In this document: in pieces, positions 19,556 to 29,571 of the stretch
Layout of the letters: the number at the start of each line of letters is the position of its first letter
How positions within the stretch are numbered: the stretch's first letter is position 1
Source: a virus
Reading direction: 5' to 3' (one strand)
Length of the DNA stretch: 64,000 bases
Virus record (IMG/VR): IMGVR_UViG_3300032291_002550
Location: 132,981-196,980 of that record
The notes under the pieces: model-generated
Told to the model about the DNA's origin: nothing
What the model saw: only the letters and a program-made list of their open reading frames with translations
The model's database searches: none
Position numbers and translations under genes: made by a program

Positions 19556-22237
19556 ATGTACAGAAAAGAACTGTTTTATAGAGGCTTAACTCAACTTCCA
19601 GTATATATTGAAGACACTTTACAAAATTCTCCATATTATTTTAATATTGTAGACATACCTAAAGTATTCGGTCCTGGAAAAAACTCAATTAGATTTAATT
19701 TAAACGAAAATAATCTTGACATTTATAATGATGTAGATGTTGAGATTATTGATTCGTATGGAAATACCGTATATCATGAAGCACCTGAATACTTTCAAAG
19801 TGATGAAGAAAATATTAGAGTATTAACTGTATATCTTTATGGAAATATATCTAACGGCCCTTTACAAATAACCTTTGTAGGGCATGCAAAAACAGGGCTA
19901 AATGGAGAAGAAATACCTGATGAATTTAAAACTAAGTATAATGTACGTTATACAACTATAGTAGATTTTAACCGATTCCAAAAAAATACAAGCAGAATAT
20001 TATTTGCAACATCTCCGAATATATCTATAACAGAAGCAAGAACAGCATATGTTAGTAGAAGTTTAAGTCCGATAGATACGATAACAGTTTCTGGAAGTGG
20101 AATATATCGTTATCAACAATCATATCCGTTATTAGAATTATCTCCTAGCAATACATTTATAAATGATATGCTTAACGGAGTATTAACATTAACAGGCTCA
20201 TCAATTTTACCCGATTTCAGTGGATATACAACATCTAGTTTTAATATATTTAATTCTAGAATAACAAACATTTACAATTCACAAGTAGCTATTTTAAGCT
20301 CGCCATGGACGGCATCTATACTTGATCAAGGGGCTTCACCTTCATATGGATTAGTTAATAATGCAAATGTAAATTATACATTAACATATAATCCAACACC
20401 AAATTATACTCCTATAAATAATTTTAAATCATTTATAAATTTAAAGATATCTAATTTAGAACCAGCATCTGGATACTTAAAATATATAAAATTATACGGA
20501 AAGAGTCAAGGAAGTCTAGACCAATATGAATTATTAGGAGAATCATTAACAGAAAACTCAGAGCTATTAATTAATAGTGCTTCATATACACAATTTGATA
20601 GAAGCAATGTAGGTTATTTTTTAAATACATCTTCGTTCCAAAGCTTTTGGAACTATAATAATACATATCTATCCGCTTCATTTAATACATCTAGTTTATT
20701 TAATTCATTATACTTAACGCCTTTAGTAGATACTACATTAAATAATGTTTTATTTACTAGTAATGTAGATATTAACTTTCAAAAAGGGTCTTCATACAGA
20801 TTATACTTTAACTATGTAAAGGATACAAACTTTATATTAGAAGTATATATGTCTGGGTCTGCATTTATAGATAAGGCAGGGAATGGTCAAAGAGTTTTTT
20901 ATTTAGATTCAACAAACTTCGGTCCTACAAATTTAAACTTTCCTATAGATTTTTTAGCTTCGCAAACAGGCACTGGCAGATTACAATTTAAAATAATAAC
21001 GGGCAGTTTTTATATAAGTGATATTTCATTAAAATCTGGTATTGATCAAGGATTTAATCCTTCAAACTTTAATTCATATTTTCCAATTAACGTAAAAAAT
21101 CGTAATGACGTATATGATTTTAAAGTAGACTTTATTGATGATAATAATCAAATCAATAGTTATGAATTTGATAATACAGGGGCTGTAAATATTCAAGTAT
21201 CTGGAAGTAATCAATACATAAGTGGTAATGATAATTTATTACCCGGAAGATTAAATCTCGGAGAATCTTCTAATAGTGGTATTTCATTAAATGGAAGTAC
21301 TAACACGATATCTACGCATGGATATCAAAGTGGCAGTGGATGGATATTTTGGTCTGGAAGTCAATCTATAAGTGGAAGTAATCAACCAGGCTCAGGATTT
21401 TATTTTGAAACAGGCGCGCCGTATAATCATTACATAAAAGCAGCAGTCGGTGGTCAAGTACAAATAAGCGGAAGTATAGCCGGCGCAACGGGAGGTACTA
21501 CTATCGACACTGGCTCATTTGTAAAGACGGGTTCATTTAATTCATTTACTAGCTCTATTAACAATATAACTGGCTCATTCGTTACTACTAGTTCATTTAA
21601 TTCCTATACGTCAAGTGTAAAACCGGCTATCGATAGTATAGCAGATAAAGCTAGTTTAACAGGAGACAATACTTTTTCTGGAATTAATACATTTACCGGA
21701 GGTAGTGATACTAGATCTAGCGTTGTATTTTCTGGTTATAATGAGCGCGGTGGAACAGGATATCATGGGTATTATGAAGTAGAAAATACGTACGGCAGCG
21801 CAACTAACCCAAAAAAGTTTTTTAGAATAAATGATACCGGTCGATGGGAAGTTATAAATAGCGCATATAGCGAAGTTATATTAGGTCTTACGGATGCAGG
21901 AGTATTTGATACGCCGGGAGGAGGAACTTCAGACCGCAGAACTAAAAATAATATCGAATATATTAATAATGATGCATCCTCGATTATTAATCAACTAAGA
22001 CCGGTTAAGTTTGAATTTAAAAGAAACCCGGGCAAAACAAGACATGGATTTATAGCTCAAGATATATTAGAAATAAAGCCTGATTTGGTATTAGGAGACG
22101 GTGATAAAGAAAATGGGACATATGGCTTAGATTATGATGGAATTTTAGCATTAACAGTAAAAGCTTTACAAGAATCTAATAAAAAAATATTTGAATTAGA
22201 GACTATGATAAAAGAATTACAAAATAAAATTAAATAA
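19556..22237 (+). CDS. Tail fibre/structural protein with C-terminal peptidase S74 intramolecular chaperone
   Basis: SDRRTKNNI...HGFIAQD...LDYDGILALTVKALQE plus terminal coiled coil is the S74 autocleavage signature. Confidence 0.85.
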   Translation: MYRKELFYRGLTQLPVYIEDTLQNSPYYFNIVDIPKVFGPGKNSIRFNLNENNLDIYNDVDVEIIDSYGNTVYHEAPEYFQSDEENIRVLTVYLYGNISNGPLQITFVGHAKTGLNGEEIPDEFKTKYNVRYTTIVDFNRFQKNTSRILFATSPNISITEARTAYVSRSLSPIDTITVSGSGIYRYQQSYPLLELSPSNTFINDMLNGVLTLTGSSILPDFSGYTTSSFNIFNSRITNIYNSQVAILSSPWTASILDQGASPSYGLVNNANVNYTLTYNPTPNYTPINNFKSFINLKISNLEPASGYLKYIKLYGKSQGSLDQYELLGESLTENSELLINSASYTQFDRSNVGYFLNTSSFQSFWNYNNTYLSASFNTSSLFNSLYLTPLVDTTLNNVLFTSNVDINFQKGSSYRLYFNYVKDTNFILEVYMSGSAFIDKAGNGQRVFYLDSTNFGPTNLNFPIDFLASQTGTGRLQFKIITGSFYISDISLKSGIDQGFNPSNFNSYFPINVKNRNDVYDFKVDFIDDNNQINSYEFDNTGAVNIQVSGSNQYISGNDNLLPGRLNLGESSNSGISLNGSTNTISTHGYQSGSGWIFWSGSQSISGSNQPGSGFYFETGAPYNHYIKAAVGGQVQISGSIAGATGGTTIDTGSFVKTGSFNSFTSSINNITGSFVTTSSFNSYTSSVKPAIDSIADKASLTGDNTFSGINTFTGGSDTRSSVVFSGYNERGGTGYHGYYEVENTYGSATNPKKFFRINDTGRWEVINSAYSEVILGLTDAGVFDTPGGGTSDRRTKNNIEYINNDASSIINQLRPVKFEFKRNPGKTRHGFIAQDILEIKPDLVLGDGDKENGTYGLDYDGILALTVKALQESNKKIFELETMIKELQNKIK

Positions 22238-22251
22238 AATATTTATAATAT

Positions 22252-24705
22252 ATGAAAAATAAAACTATAGCAATTTATCCTGGAAGATTTCAGCCTTTCG
22301 GAAAACATCATGCAGCTGCATTTATGTGGCTTCAAAATAAATTTGGAAAAGAAAATACGTATATCGTAACATCAAATAAAGTAGACCCGGAAAAATCTCC
22401 TTTTAATTTTACCGAAAAGAAAGCCATTATGGAGCTTTATGGCATTAACCCTTCTCATATTATTGAAGTAAAGAATCCGTACAGTCCCGCAGAACTATAT
22501 AGCCAAATTGACCCGGAAACTACATCGGTAGTATTCATGGTTGGAGAAAAAGATATGGGAGAAGACCCTAGATTTAAAATAGGTCCTAAAAAAGACAGAA
22601 GTCCTAGTTTTTTTCAAAGTTATAAAGGAAATGAAAATAATCTGCAACCATTATCTAAACATGGATATTTAATTACTGCACCACATATTTCATTAAAAGT
22701 GCCTGGGTATGGAGAAATGTCTGGAACAGAAATAAGAAAGGCATTAGGAGATACAACAAAATCACGAGAAGAAAAGAAAGAAATATTTCAAGAAATATTT
22801 GGTTGGTATTCAGAAAAAATGGCTAACTATATATTTGATAAATTAGAAAATAAAATGACTGAAAAATTTAGTAAAGATTGGTGGTTAGATAAACTACTTC
22901 AAGAAGATTGCTGGGATGGATATAAACAAATTGGTATGAAGAAAAAAGGAAAGAAACAAGTTCCTAATTGTGTACCTATTAATGAGTATGATTTAGTTAC
23001 ATGCGAAATTTGTGGTGAACAAATGAAACAGATAACTCCAAACCATTTAAAATACAAACATCAAAGTACTTTAAAGGAATATATAATTTCATACCCAACA
23101 TCGAAATTATTATCAGATTCTTTAAGAAAAGAATTAAGAGATAAAAACCCCATGAAGTCATCAAACTCTATAAAAAAAATAGCAGAGACTAAATTACAAA
23201 AACATGGCAATCCTAACTATAATAATATTGAGAAACAAAAATCTACAATTAAAGAACGATATAATATTAGTAATATTATGCAATTACCGCATAATATTGA
23301 AAGAGCTAAAAAGCAACTAGATTTAATTAGAGAAAGAAAATATTTATCTGGAGAATGGATACCGGCAGAATTAAAAGAAGGATATATCGGGTATAGAGAT
23401 GTGGTACGATTATTGACCGAACAGACATTTAAAAAATATTATTATGAAATTAATAACTCAGATAAAAGGTCTAAAGAATGGCATTTAGATCATAAATATT
23501 CTATTAAAGATGGTTATATGAATGGAATTCCGGCATGGATGTTAGCTATAAAAGAAAATTTAGAAATTGTGCATCATACAATTAATGAATCTAAAAATTC
23601 AAAATCTACAATTGGAATTAATGAATTAATTATACATGCTTTAGAAAGTGCCGGTGGCAGTTCTATACAATTATTATTGTGCGGAGGTGCAGCCGGTCAT
23701 ATGAAACATCCTTTTGATTTACCCCAAGTAACATCTGGTAAAGATTTAATTAATGTTTTTGAAGATTCTGCTACGTACTTAACTACAAACCCAGCAGCAA
23801 TAAAAATTGATGGAGTAAATGCATCAGTTAGATTAGTTATATTAGATGGTCAAAGACAGTTTGTTTTAGATAGAGGCTCGATGAAACCTTTAGATGTTAA
23901 AGGAATTACAAAAGCAGATTTATTAGATAGATTTGGAGAAGGACATGGATTTATTCAAACAGGTGGTAAAGTATTAGATATTTTTAATGATTCATTACCT
24001 AGCATTCAACAAGAATTAAAAGCATTAGGAATGTGGGATAACCCAAATATAATGTTTAATGTTGAATATGTTGCTGGAAGTACTAACGTATTATCCTATG
24101 CTAAAAACTTTTTAGCTATTCATGGTTTATTAGAATTATTTCAAGCTACGCCAAAAAGAAGAGAATCAAAGGAAATTCCATATAATAAAAAAGCATTAGA
24201 ATCTTTAGTAGCAAAAATGAATCCAATTGCAGAGAAATCTGGATTTGAAGTAGTACATGAATTCACTACTAGACCATCTAAACCAGCAAATTTAAGTTCA
24301 GTATTAAATCAAAAGCATACTATTATCATTAATGGTAAAAAAGAATCTAAATCATTAAAACAATGGTTAGATGAAATTCAAACAATACCTAGTGGGCAAA
24401 AAGTAACTTTAATAGATGATAAAGCAGTTGGCGCAGTATCTAAAGAAATATTAATGAGATTATCAGGAAATAATAATATTAATGAAGTAGTAAAAGATCC
24501 TGCAGATTATAAAGCAGCAATTGATGGATATTTTATTTATCTAGCAACAATGTTATTAGGAGATGAAGTATTAGAATCAATTACCTCAGATTTAGGAGAT
24601 AGTAAAGACCAAGAAGGTATCGTAGTAAGAGGATTATATCCAGATGTATTTAAGATAACTGGGTCATTTATTATAAAAGGCATGGAAAGTCAATTTAGAA
24701 AATAA
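22252..24705 (+). CDS. Multidomain protein: HIGH-family nucleotidyltransferase, CWxGY module, Zn-finger/HNH endonuclease, RNA-ligase-like (KxDG) domain
   Basis: YPGRFQPFGKHH and SGTEIR; CWDGYKQIGMKKKGKKQVPNCVP; CEIC...HLKYKH and HLDH...NL...N..K; GGAAGHMKHPFD, KIDG, EGIVVR, FKITG. Confidence 0.75.
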   Translation: MKNKTIAIYPGRFQPFGKHHAAAFMWLQNKFGKENTYIVTSNKVDPEKSPFNFTEKKAIMELYGINPSHIIEVKNPYSPAELYSQIDPETTSVVFMVGEKDMGEDPRFKIGPKKDRSPSFFQSYKGNENNLQPLSKHGYLITAPHISLKVPGYGEMSGTEIRKALGDTTKSREEKKEIFQEIFGWYSEKMANYIFDKLENKMTEKFSKDWWLDKLLQEDCWDGYKQIGMKKKGKKQVPNCVPINEYDLVTCEICGEQMKQITPNHLKYKHQSTLKEYIISYPTSKLLSDSLRKELRDKNPMKSSNSIKKIAETKLQKHGNPNYNNIEKQKSTIKERYNISNIMQLPHNIERAKKQLDLIRERKYLSGEWIPAELKEGYIGYRDVVRLLTEQTFKKYYYEINNSDKRSKEWHLDHKYSIKDGYMNGIPAWMLAIKENLEIVHHTINESKNSKSTIGINELIIHALESAGGSSIQLLLCGGAAGHMKHPFDLPQVTSGKDLINVFEDSATYLTTNPAAIKIDGVNASVRLVILDGQRQFVLDRGSMKPLDVKGITKADLLDRFGEGHGFIQTGGKVLDIFNDSLPSIQQELKALGMWDNPNIMFNVEYVAGSTNVLSYAKNFLAIHGLLELFQATPKRRESKEIPYNKKALESLVAKMNPIAEKSGFEVVHEFTTRPSKPANLSSVLNQKHTIIINGKKESKSLKQWLDEIQTIPSGQKVTLIDDKAVGAVSKEILMRLSGNNNINEVVKDPADYKAAIDGYFIYLATMLLGDEVLESITSDLGDSKDQEGIVVRGLYPDVFKITGSFIIKGMESQFRK

Positions 24706-24719
24706 TTATATAAAAGGTT

Positions 24720-25328
24720 ATGGCAAAGAAATTACAAAACATTAGAGCGATAAATCAAATGCTCTCGGGAACTCATAAGTCTCAAAACAAAACAACAGTT
24801 GGTTATCAGTCTAAAGAAGAAGATAGAAATATTGGAGATAAATGGATTGATAATAACGGAATTCAATGGGAACAAAAGGACGGTTATAAGGTTAGTTCAG
24901 CAAAAGCATTAGAAGCAGTTATGGCAGCAATTAAAGCATTAAAAATGCCTAATACATGCCCTAAATGTAATAATGAAATGAAAGATAATCAGTATAACAA
25001 GAAAATGTGGAAAGTTCATAAAATGTGCTTTGATTGTGTTATTGATATGGAACATGAACATAGACTTAATGGTACATATGAACAGTATGAAAAGGATTTA
25101 ATGAGAAAGAATATCGAAGCTTGGTTAATAGATGCAAGAGCGGAAATGAGTGCTATTAAAGAGCTTTTAACTAAAGCAGAATTTGTAAACTCAGATGGTA
25201 CTGTTGAAAAATGGGACACCCCTTGGAAAGGTAAAGAAGAAGAATTAGAAGAATTATTAGAAAGAGACTTTCAAAAAGTAAAGGCTCAATTATTAGGAGA
25301 ACCAATAAATGAAATCATCAATACTTAA
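24720..25328 (+). CDS. Hypothetical Zn-binding protein
   Basis: CPKC...CFDC; late-type motif at 24702. Confidence 0.6.
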   Translation: MAKKLQNIRAINQMLSGTHKSQNKTTVGYQSKEEDRNIGDKWIDNNGIQWEQKDGYKVSSAKALEAVMAAIKALKMPNTCPKCNNEMKDNQYNKKMWKVHKMCFDCVIDMEHEHRLNGTYEQYEKDLMRKNIEAWLIDARAEMSAIKELLTKAEFVNSDGTVEKWDTPWKGKEEELEELLERDFQKVKAQLLGEPINEIINT

Positions 25329-25638
25329 TATTATTTACTTATTTATTTTTATTATAATTTTCTTTTATCTTAAGTATTATATAACAAACTTAAACACAAA
25401 TGTAAAGGATTTAAAACATGATATTGAATTGAGGGAAGCTCAAAACGATAGCATCGCGAAAAAATTAGATAGTATCGCAGTTAAAAAAGTAGAAGTAACT
25501 AACAGAATTGATAATAGAACAACTACTATTAATAATTTGCAAGAATCATTAAATACATTACCTACGTATGATACTAGTCTAACGAATGCAGTAATGTTTT
25601 TACATACATTCGGAAATAAACAATTAAATTCACAATGA
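25309..25638 (+). CDS. Membrane-anchored coiled-coil protein (i-spanin-like)
   Basis: Single N-terminal TM helix plus heptad coiled coil; overlaps the next gene. Confidence 0.45.
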   Translation: MKSSILNIIYLFIFIIIFFYLKYYITNLNTNVKDLKHDIELREAQNDSIAKKLDSIAVKKVEVTNRIDNRTTTINNLQESLNTLPTYDTSLTNAVMFLHTFGNKQLNSQ

Positions 25639-26009
25639 AAAAAATAATACTTTTTATAGTACTATGCCTAGGTTTAGGTATAAATATAAAAGCTCAAGTA
25701 CCAGATACATGTTTTTCTAGAAGAAAAATTACGAATATATACAATAATATTAGAGTATTAGAACATAGAGATTCTATTCATACACAATTAATGGAAGAAT
25801 ATAAAAATCAATGCATTGATTTTAAATTAGCATTAAAATTAGATAGTATAACTATTGAAGGATATAAAGTTCAAAATGCCAATTTAAATGCAAATGTAAA
25901 TGATTGGAAACGAGCATACGAAACATCTAAACCAAAATGGTATGAAAAGCCACCGATAATGTTATCTTCTGGCGCAATACTAACAATGTTCTTATTTAAA
26001 TTATTTTAA
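25635..26009 (+). CDS. Exported protein with signal peptide and C-terminal hydrophobic tail (possible spanin partner)
   Basis: MKKIILFIVLCLGLGINIKA-Q signal peptide, coiled coil, KWYE...AILTMFLF. Confidence 0.4.
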   Translation: MKKIILFIVLCLGLGINIKAQVPDTCFSRRKITNIYNNIRVLEHRDSIHTQLMEEYKNQCIDFKLALKLDSITIEGYKVQNANLNANVNDWKRAYETSKPKWYEKPPIMLSSGAILTMFLFKLF

Positions 26010-26010
26010 T

Positions 26011-27645
26011 ATGGCTAATGTAAATGAATATCAAAATAAAGTTGTCCAAACTCCACAAAATGTAAAGGATATTATAAAGGAGGAATATAAAAAATGTGCA
26101 AAGGACCCAGTGTACTTTATGCGTAAATATTGTTATATTCAACATCCTATGAAAGGCAAAATGCTTTTCGACCTTTATCCATTTCAAGAACAGTGCTTAT
26201 ATGACTTTAGAGATAATGATAGAAATATTATTTTAAAGTCACGTCAGTTAGGTATTTCTACTTTATCTGCTGGATATACATTATGGTTAATGGTATTTCA
26301 TGAAGATAAGAACTGCTTAACTATTGCTACGCGTCAAGAAGTAGCTAGAAACTTAGTAACTAAGGTAAGAGTTATGTATGATAATTTACCTAGTTGGCTA
26401 AAGCAAAATGCTCAATCTACAGAAGATAATAAATTATCATTACGTTTATCAAATGGTTCTCAAGTAAAAGCATCTTCTACATCAGTTTCTGCAGGTCGTT
26501 CTGAAGCAGTATCATTACTTATTATTGATGAGGCTGCATTTATTGATTCTAATACAATTGAAGAATTGTGGGGTGGTTTGCAGCAAACAATGGCAACGGG
26601 TGGTAAATGTATTATGTTATCTACTCCCAATGGTATGGGTAACTTTTTCCATAGAATGTGGCAAAGAGCAGAGGAAGGAGATAATAACTTTCATACTATT
26701 AAGTTACATTGGACAGTACATCCAGATAGAAATCAAACATGGAGAGATAAACAATCTGCAGAATTAGGAGATAAATTAGCAGCTCAAGAATGTGATTGCG
26801 ATTTTACTACATCTGGTAATACGGTTATTGACCCGATGATTTTAAAATGGTATTGGGAAGAATCTGGATTAGTTCATGACCCTATAGAAAAACGAGGATT
26901 TGATGGAAATATGTGGGTATGGAAGTATCCTGATATAAATAAGTCATATATGGTTGTAGCTGACGTTTCTCGTGGGGATGCATCTGATTATTCTTCATTT
27001 CATATTATTGACATTGAAACTGTAGAGCAATGTGCTACATATAAAGGAAAGTTAGACCCTAGAGATTATGGAAATTTATTAGTAGCTGTAGCGACAGAAT
27101 ATAATGATGCTTTATTAGTAATAGAAAATTCAAATATTGGATGGGCTGCAATTCAGCCGGCTATTGATAGAGCATATGGAAATTTATTTTATAGTAGTGC
27201 AGATTTAGCTGTAGTTGATATTCAACAACAAATGGCGTCTGGATATGATTTAGCTACGAAATCTAAAATGACCCCAGGATTTTCTCAAACATCAAAAAAT
27301 AGACCATTAATTATATCTAAACTAGTAGAATATATGAGAGATAAATCTCCTATTATTCATTGTAAACGAACAATTAATGAACTTCAAAATTTTATTTGGA
27401 ATGGTTCTAGACCAGAAGCTCAATATGGATATAATGATGACTTAGTAATGGCATTATCAATCTCACTTTGGGTTAGAGATACTGCTTTAAGATTGCGTCA
27501 GCAAGGATTAGATCTTCATAGAAAAACAGTAGGGCTAATAGGAAAATCTGCTCCTGTATATTCAAGATCATCACATACAACACAACAAAATCCATGGATA
27601 ATGAAAGTTGGCAAACAAGATGAAAGTATTTCTTGGTTGTTATAA
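26011..27645 (+). CDS. gp17: Terminase large subunit (gp17-like)
   Basis: LYPFQ, Walker A KSRQLGIST, Walker B LLIIDEAAF, STPNG, nuclease ADVSRG and NDDLVMA. Confidence 0.95.
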   Translation: MANVNEYQNKVVQTPQNVKDIIKEEYKKCAKDPVYFMRKYCYIQHPMKGKMLFDLYPFQEQCLYDFRDNDRNIILKSRQLGISTLSAGYTLWLMVFHEDKNCLTIATRQEVARNLVTKVRVMYDNLPSWLKQNAQSTEDNKLSLRLSNGSQVKASSTSVSAGRSEAVSLLIIDEAAFIDSNTIEELWGGLQQTMATGGKCIMLSTPNGMGNFFHRMWQRAEEGDNNFHTIKLHWTVHPDRNQTWRDKQSAELGDKLAAQECDCDFTTSGNTVIDPMILKWYWEESGLVHDPIEKRGFDGNMWVWKYPDINKSYMVVADVSRGDASDYSSFHIIDIETVEQCATYKGKLDPRDYGNLLVAVATEYNDALLVIENSNIGWAAIQPAIDRAYGNLFYSSADLAVVDIQQQMASGYDLATKSKMTPGFSQTSKNRPLIISKLVEYMRDKSPIIHCKRTINELQNFIWNGSRPEAQYGYNDDLVMALSISLWVRDTALRLRQQGLDLHRKTVGLIGKSAPVYSRSSHTTQQNPWIMKVGKQDESISWLL

Positions 27646-27692
27646 AATATCATTACTATTACATAAAACATATAATTATAATAAAGATATAA

Positions 27693-29516
27693 GTGTCATT
27701 AATAGATAAATCATTAGGAGCAAGATTAAATCGATTATTTTCTAATAACGTTATCGTACGTAGAGTCGGCGGTAAAAAGTTAAGAGTAATTGATACTGAT
27801 AGATTACAATCATCAGGTAACCTAGAACAGTCAAAGTATGTAGATAGGTTTACTAGATTACATGGTATTAAACCAAGTATATCTACTTATAATAATAACT
27901 ACAATTATCAAAGTTCAAGAACAGAATTATATACAGATTATGAAATCATGGATATGGATTCTATTATCGCAGCAGCATTAGATATTTATTCTGATGAAGC
28001 AACACGTAAGAATGAATATGATGAAATATTGACAATCAAAAGTTCAGATGAAACAATTAAAAAGGTATTAGAGAATTTATTCTATGATATTTTAAATGTG
28101 GAGTTTAATTTATGGCCATGGATCAGAAGTATGTGTAAATATGGAGATTTTTATTTATATTTAGATATTAGAGAAGATATTGGTATTGTTAATGTTACAC
28201 CGCTTTCTGCTTATGAAGTAATTAGAGAAGAAGGGATGGACCCAAACAATCCTTATCATGTACAATTCTCTATTATGGGTAATAATAAAATCAAGTATAA
28301 AAATTACGAGATTGCACATTTCCGTTTATTAACAGATTCAAATTTCTTACCTTACGGCAAATCAATGTTAGAACCAGCACGTAAAGTTTGGAAACAATTA
28401 ACAATGATGGAAGACGCGATGTTAATTCATCGTGTAATGAGAGCCCCAGAGCGTCGTATTTTTAAAATAGACGTAGGTAATATACCAACTAACGAGGTTG
28501 ATAACTATATGCAGCAAATCATGAATAAAATGAAAAAGAAGCCATATATTGATCAGCAAACAGGAGATTATGATTTAAAGTTCAATTTAATGAATATGCT
28601 AGAAGATTTCTATCTTCCAGTTCGCGGAGGCTCTTCTGGTACTGAAATTGATACTTTATCTGGAATGGAATTTACAGGTATAGAAGATATTGAATACTTA
28701 AAAAATAGAATGTTAGCAGGTCTTAAAATACCTAAAGCATTTTTAACATTTGATGAAGGTATTGCAGGTAAAGCATTATTAGCTGCCGAGGATGTTCGTT
28801 TTGCTAGAACAATAGAACGTGTACAACGTATTATAGTTTCTGAGCTTACTAAAATTGCTGTTATACATTTATTTGCTCAAGGATATAAAGACGAAGATTT
28901 AGTTAACTTTGAAATTGGATTAACTACTCCATCAATCGTTTATGAGCAAGAGTTAATTGCTCTTTGGAAAGAAAAGATTGAATTAGCAAAAGAAATTAAA
29001 GAAGCAAAATTATTATCAGAAGAATGGATTTATAAAAATATATTTAAATTATCTGATAATGAATGGCAAAATGAAAGAGATAAAGTATTAGATGATATGA
29101 AAAATAATTTCCGTCAAACTCAAATCGAGGAAGAAGGAAATGATCCATTATTAACCGGAGAATCTTTTGGTACGCCTCATGATATTGCTTCTTTACATGT
29201 AAGTAAAAGAAATGCAGGTAAAGAAACAGAAATAGAAAATAACGGAAGACCTAAAAAAGGCGGTTCTATGTATGGAACTGATGCTCATTCATTAGGAAGA
29301 GATCCAATCGGGTCTAAAGGATTTAAACCTGGTATAGATTTATCTGTTAAAGAAGGTGTAAATACATCATCAAGTAAAGACGCTTTAAAGAGATTAGGAT
29401 TAGTTTATGCAGAGAAAAATACATCTAAGAAATTAATTCTAGAAAGCATTCAGCCAAACAAAAAACAAAATTCTGATGCTGGGACTTATCTTGATGAATC
29501 TAACATTTCGGAATAA
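27693..29516 (+). CDS. gp20: Portal protein (gp20-like)
   Basis: MEDAMLIHRVMRAPERRIFKIDVGN, EDFYLPVRGG...TEIDTL, LKIPKAFL. Confidence 0.95.
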   Translation: MSLIDKSLGARLNRLFSNNVIVRRVGGKKLRVIDTDRLQSSGNLEQSKYVDRFTRLHGIKPSISTYNNNYNYQSSRTELYTDYEIMDMDSIIAAALDIYSDEATRKNEYDEILTIKSSDETIKKVLENLFYDILNVEFNLWPWIRSMCKYGDFYLYLDIREDIGIVNVTPLSAYEVIREEGMDPNNPYHVQFSIMGNNKIKYKNYEIAHFRLLTDSNFLPYGKSMLEPARKVWKQLTMMEDAMLIHRVMRAPERRIFKIDVGNIPTNEVDNYMQQIMNKMKKKPYIDQQTGDYDLKFNLMNMLEDFYLPVRGGSSGTEIDTLSGMEFTGIEDIEYLKNRMLAGLKIPKAFLTFDEGIAGKALLAAEDVRFARTIERVQRIIVSELTKIAVIHLFAQGYKDEDLVNFEIGLTTPSIVYEQELIALWKEKIELAKEIKEAKLLSEEWIYKNIFKLSDNEWQNERDKVLDDMKNNFRQTQIEEEGNDPLLTGESFGTPHDIASLHVSKRNAGKETEIENNGRPKKGGSMYGTDAHSLGRDPIGSKGFKPGIDLSVKEGVNTSSSKDALKRLGLVYAEKNTSKKLILESIQPNKKQNSDAGTYLDESNISE

Positions 29517-29571
29517 TTTATTAACATCGTAAATAATTATTAATGTAATATATACATAGTATCAATACTGT

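Noticed and set aside
22906-23682. Intein or group I intron carrying the HNH domain
   Set aside because: No Hint-block motifs or terminal His-Asn before C/S/T, and the region is fully coding with no room for a ribozyme core.
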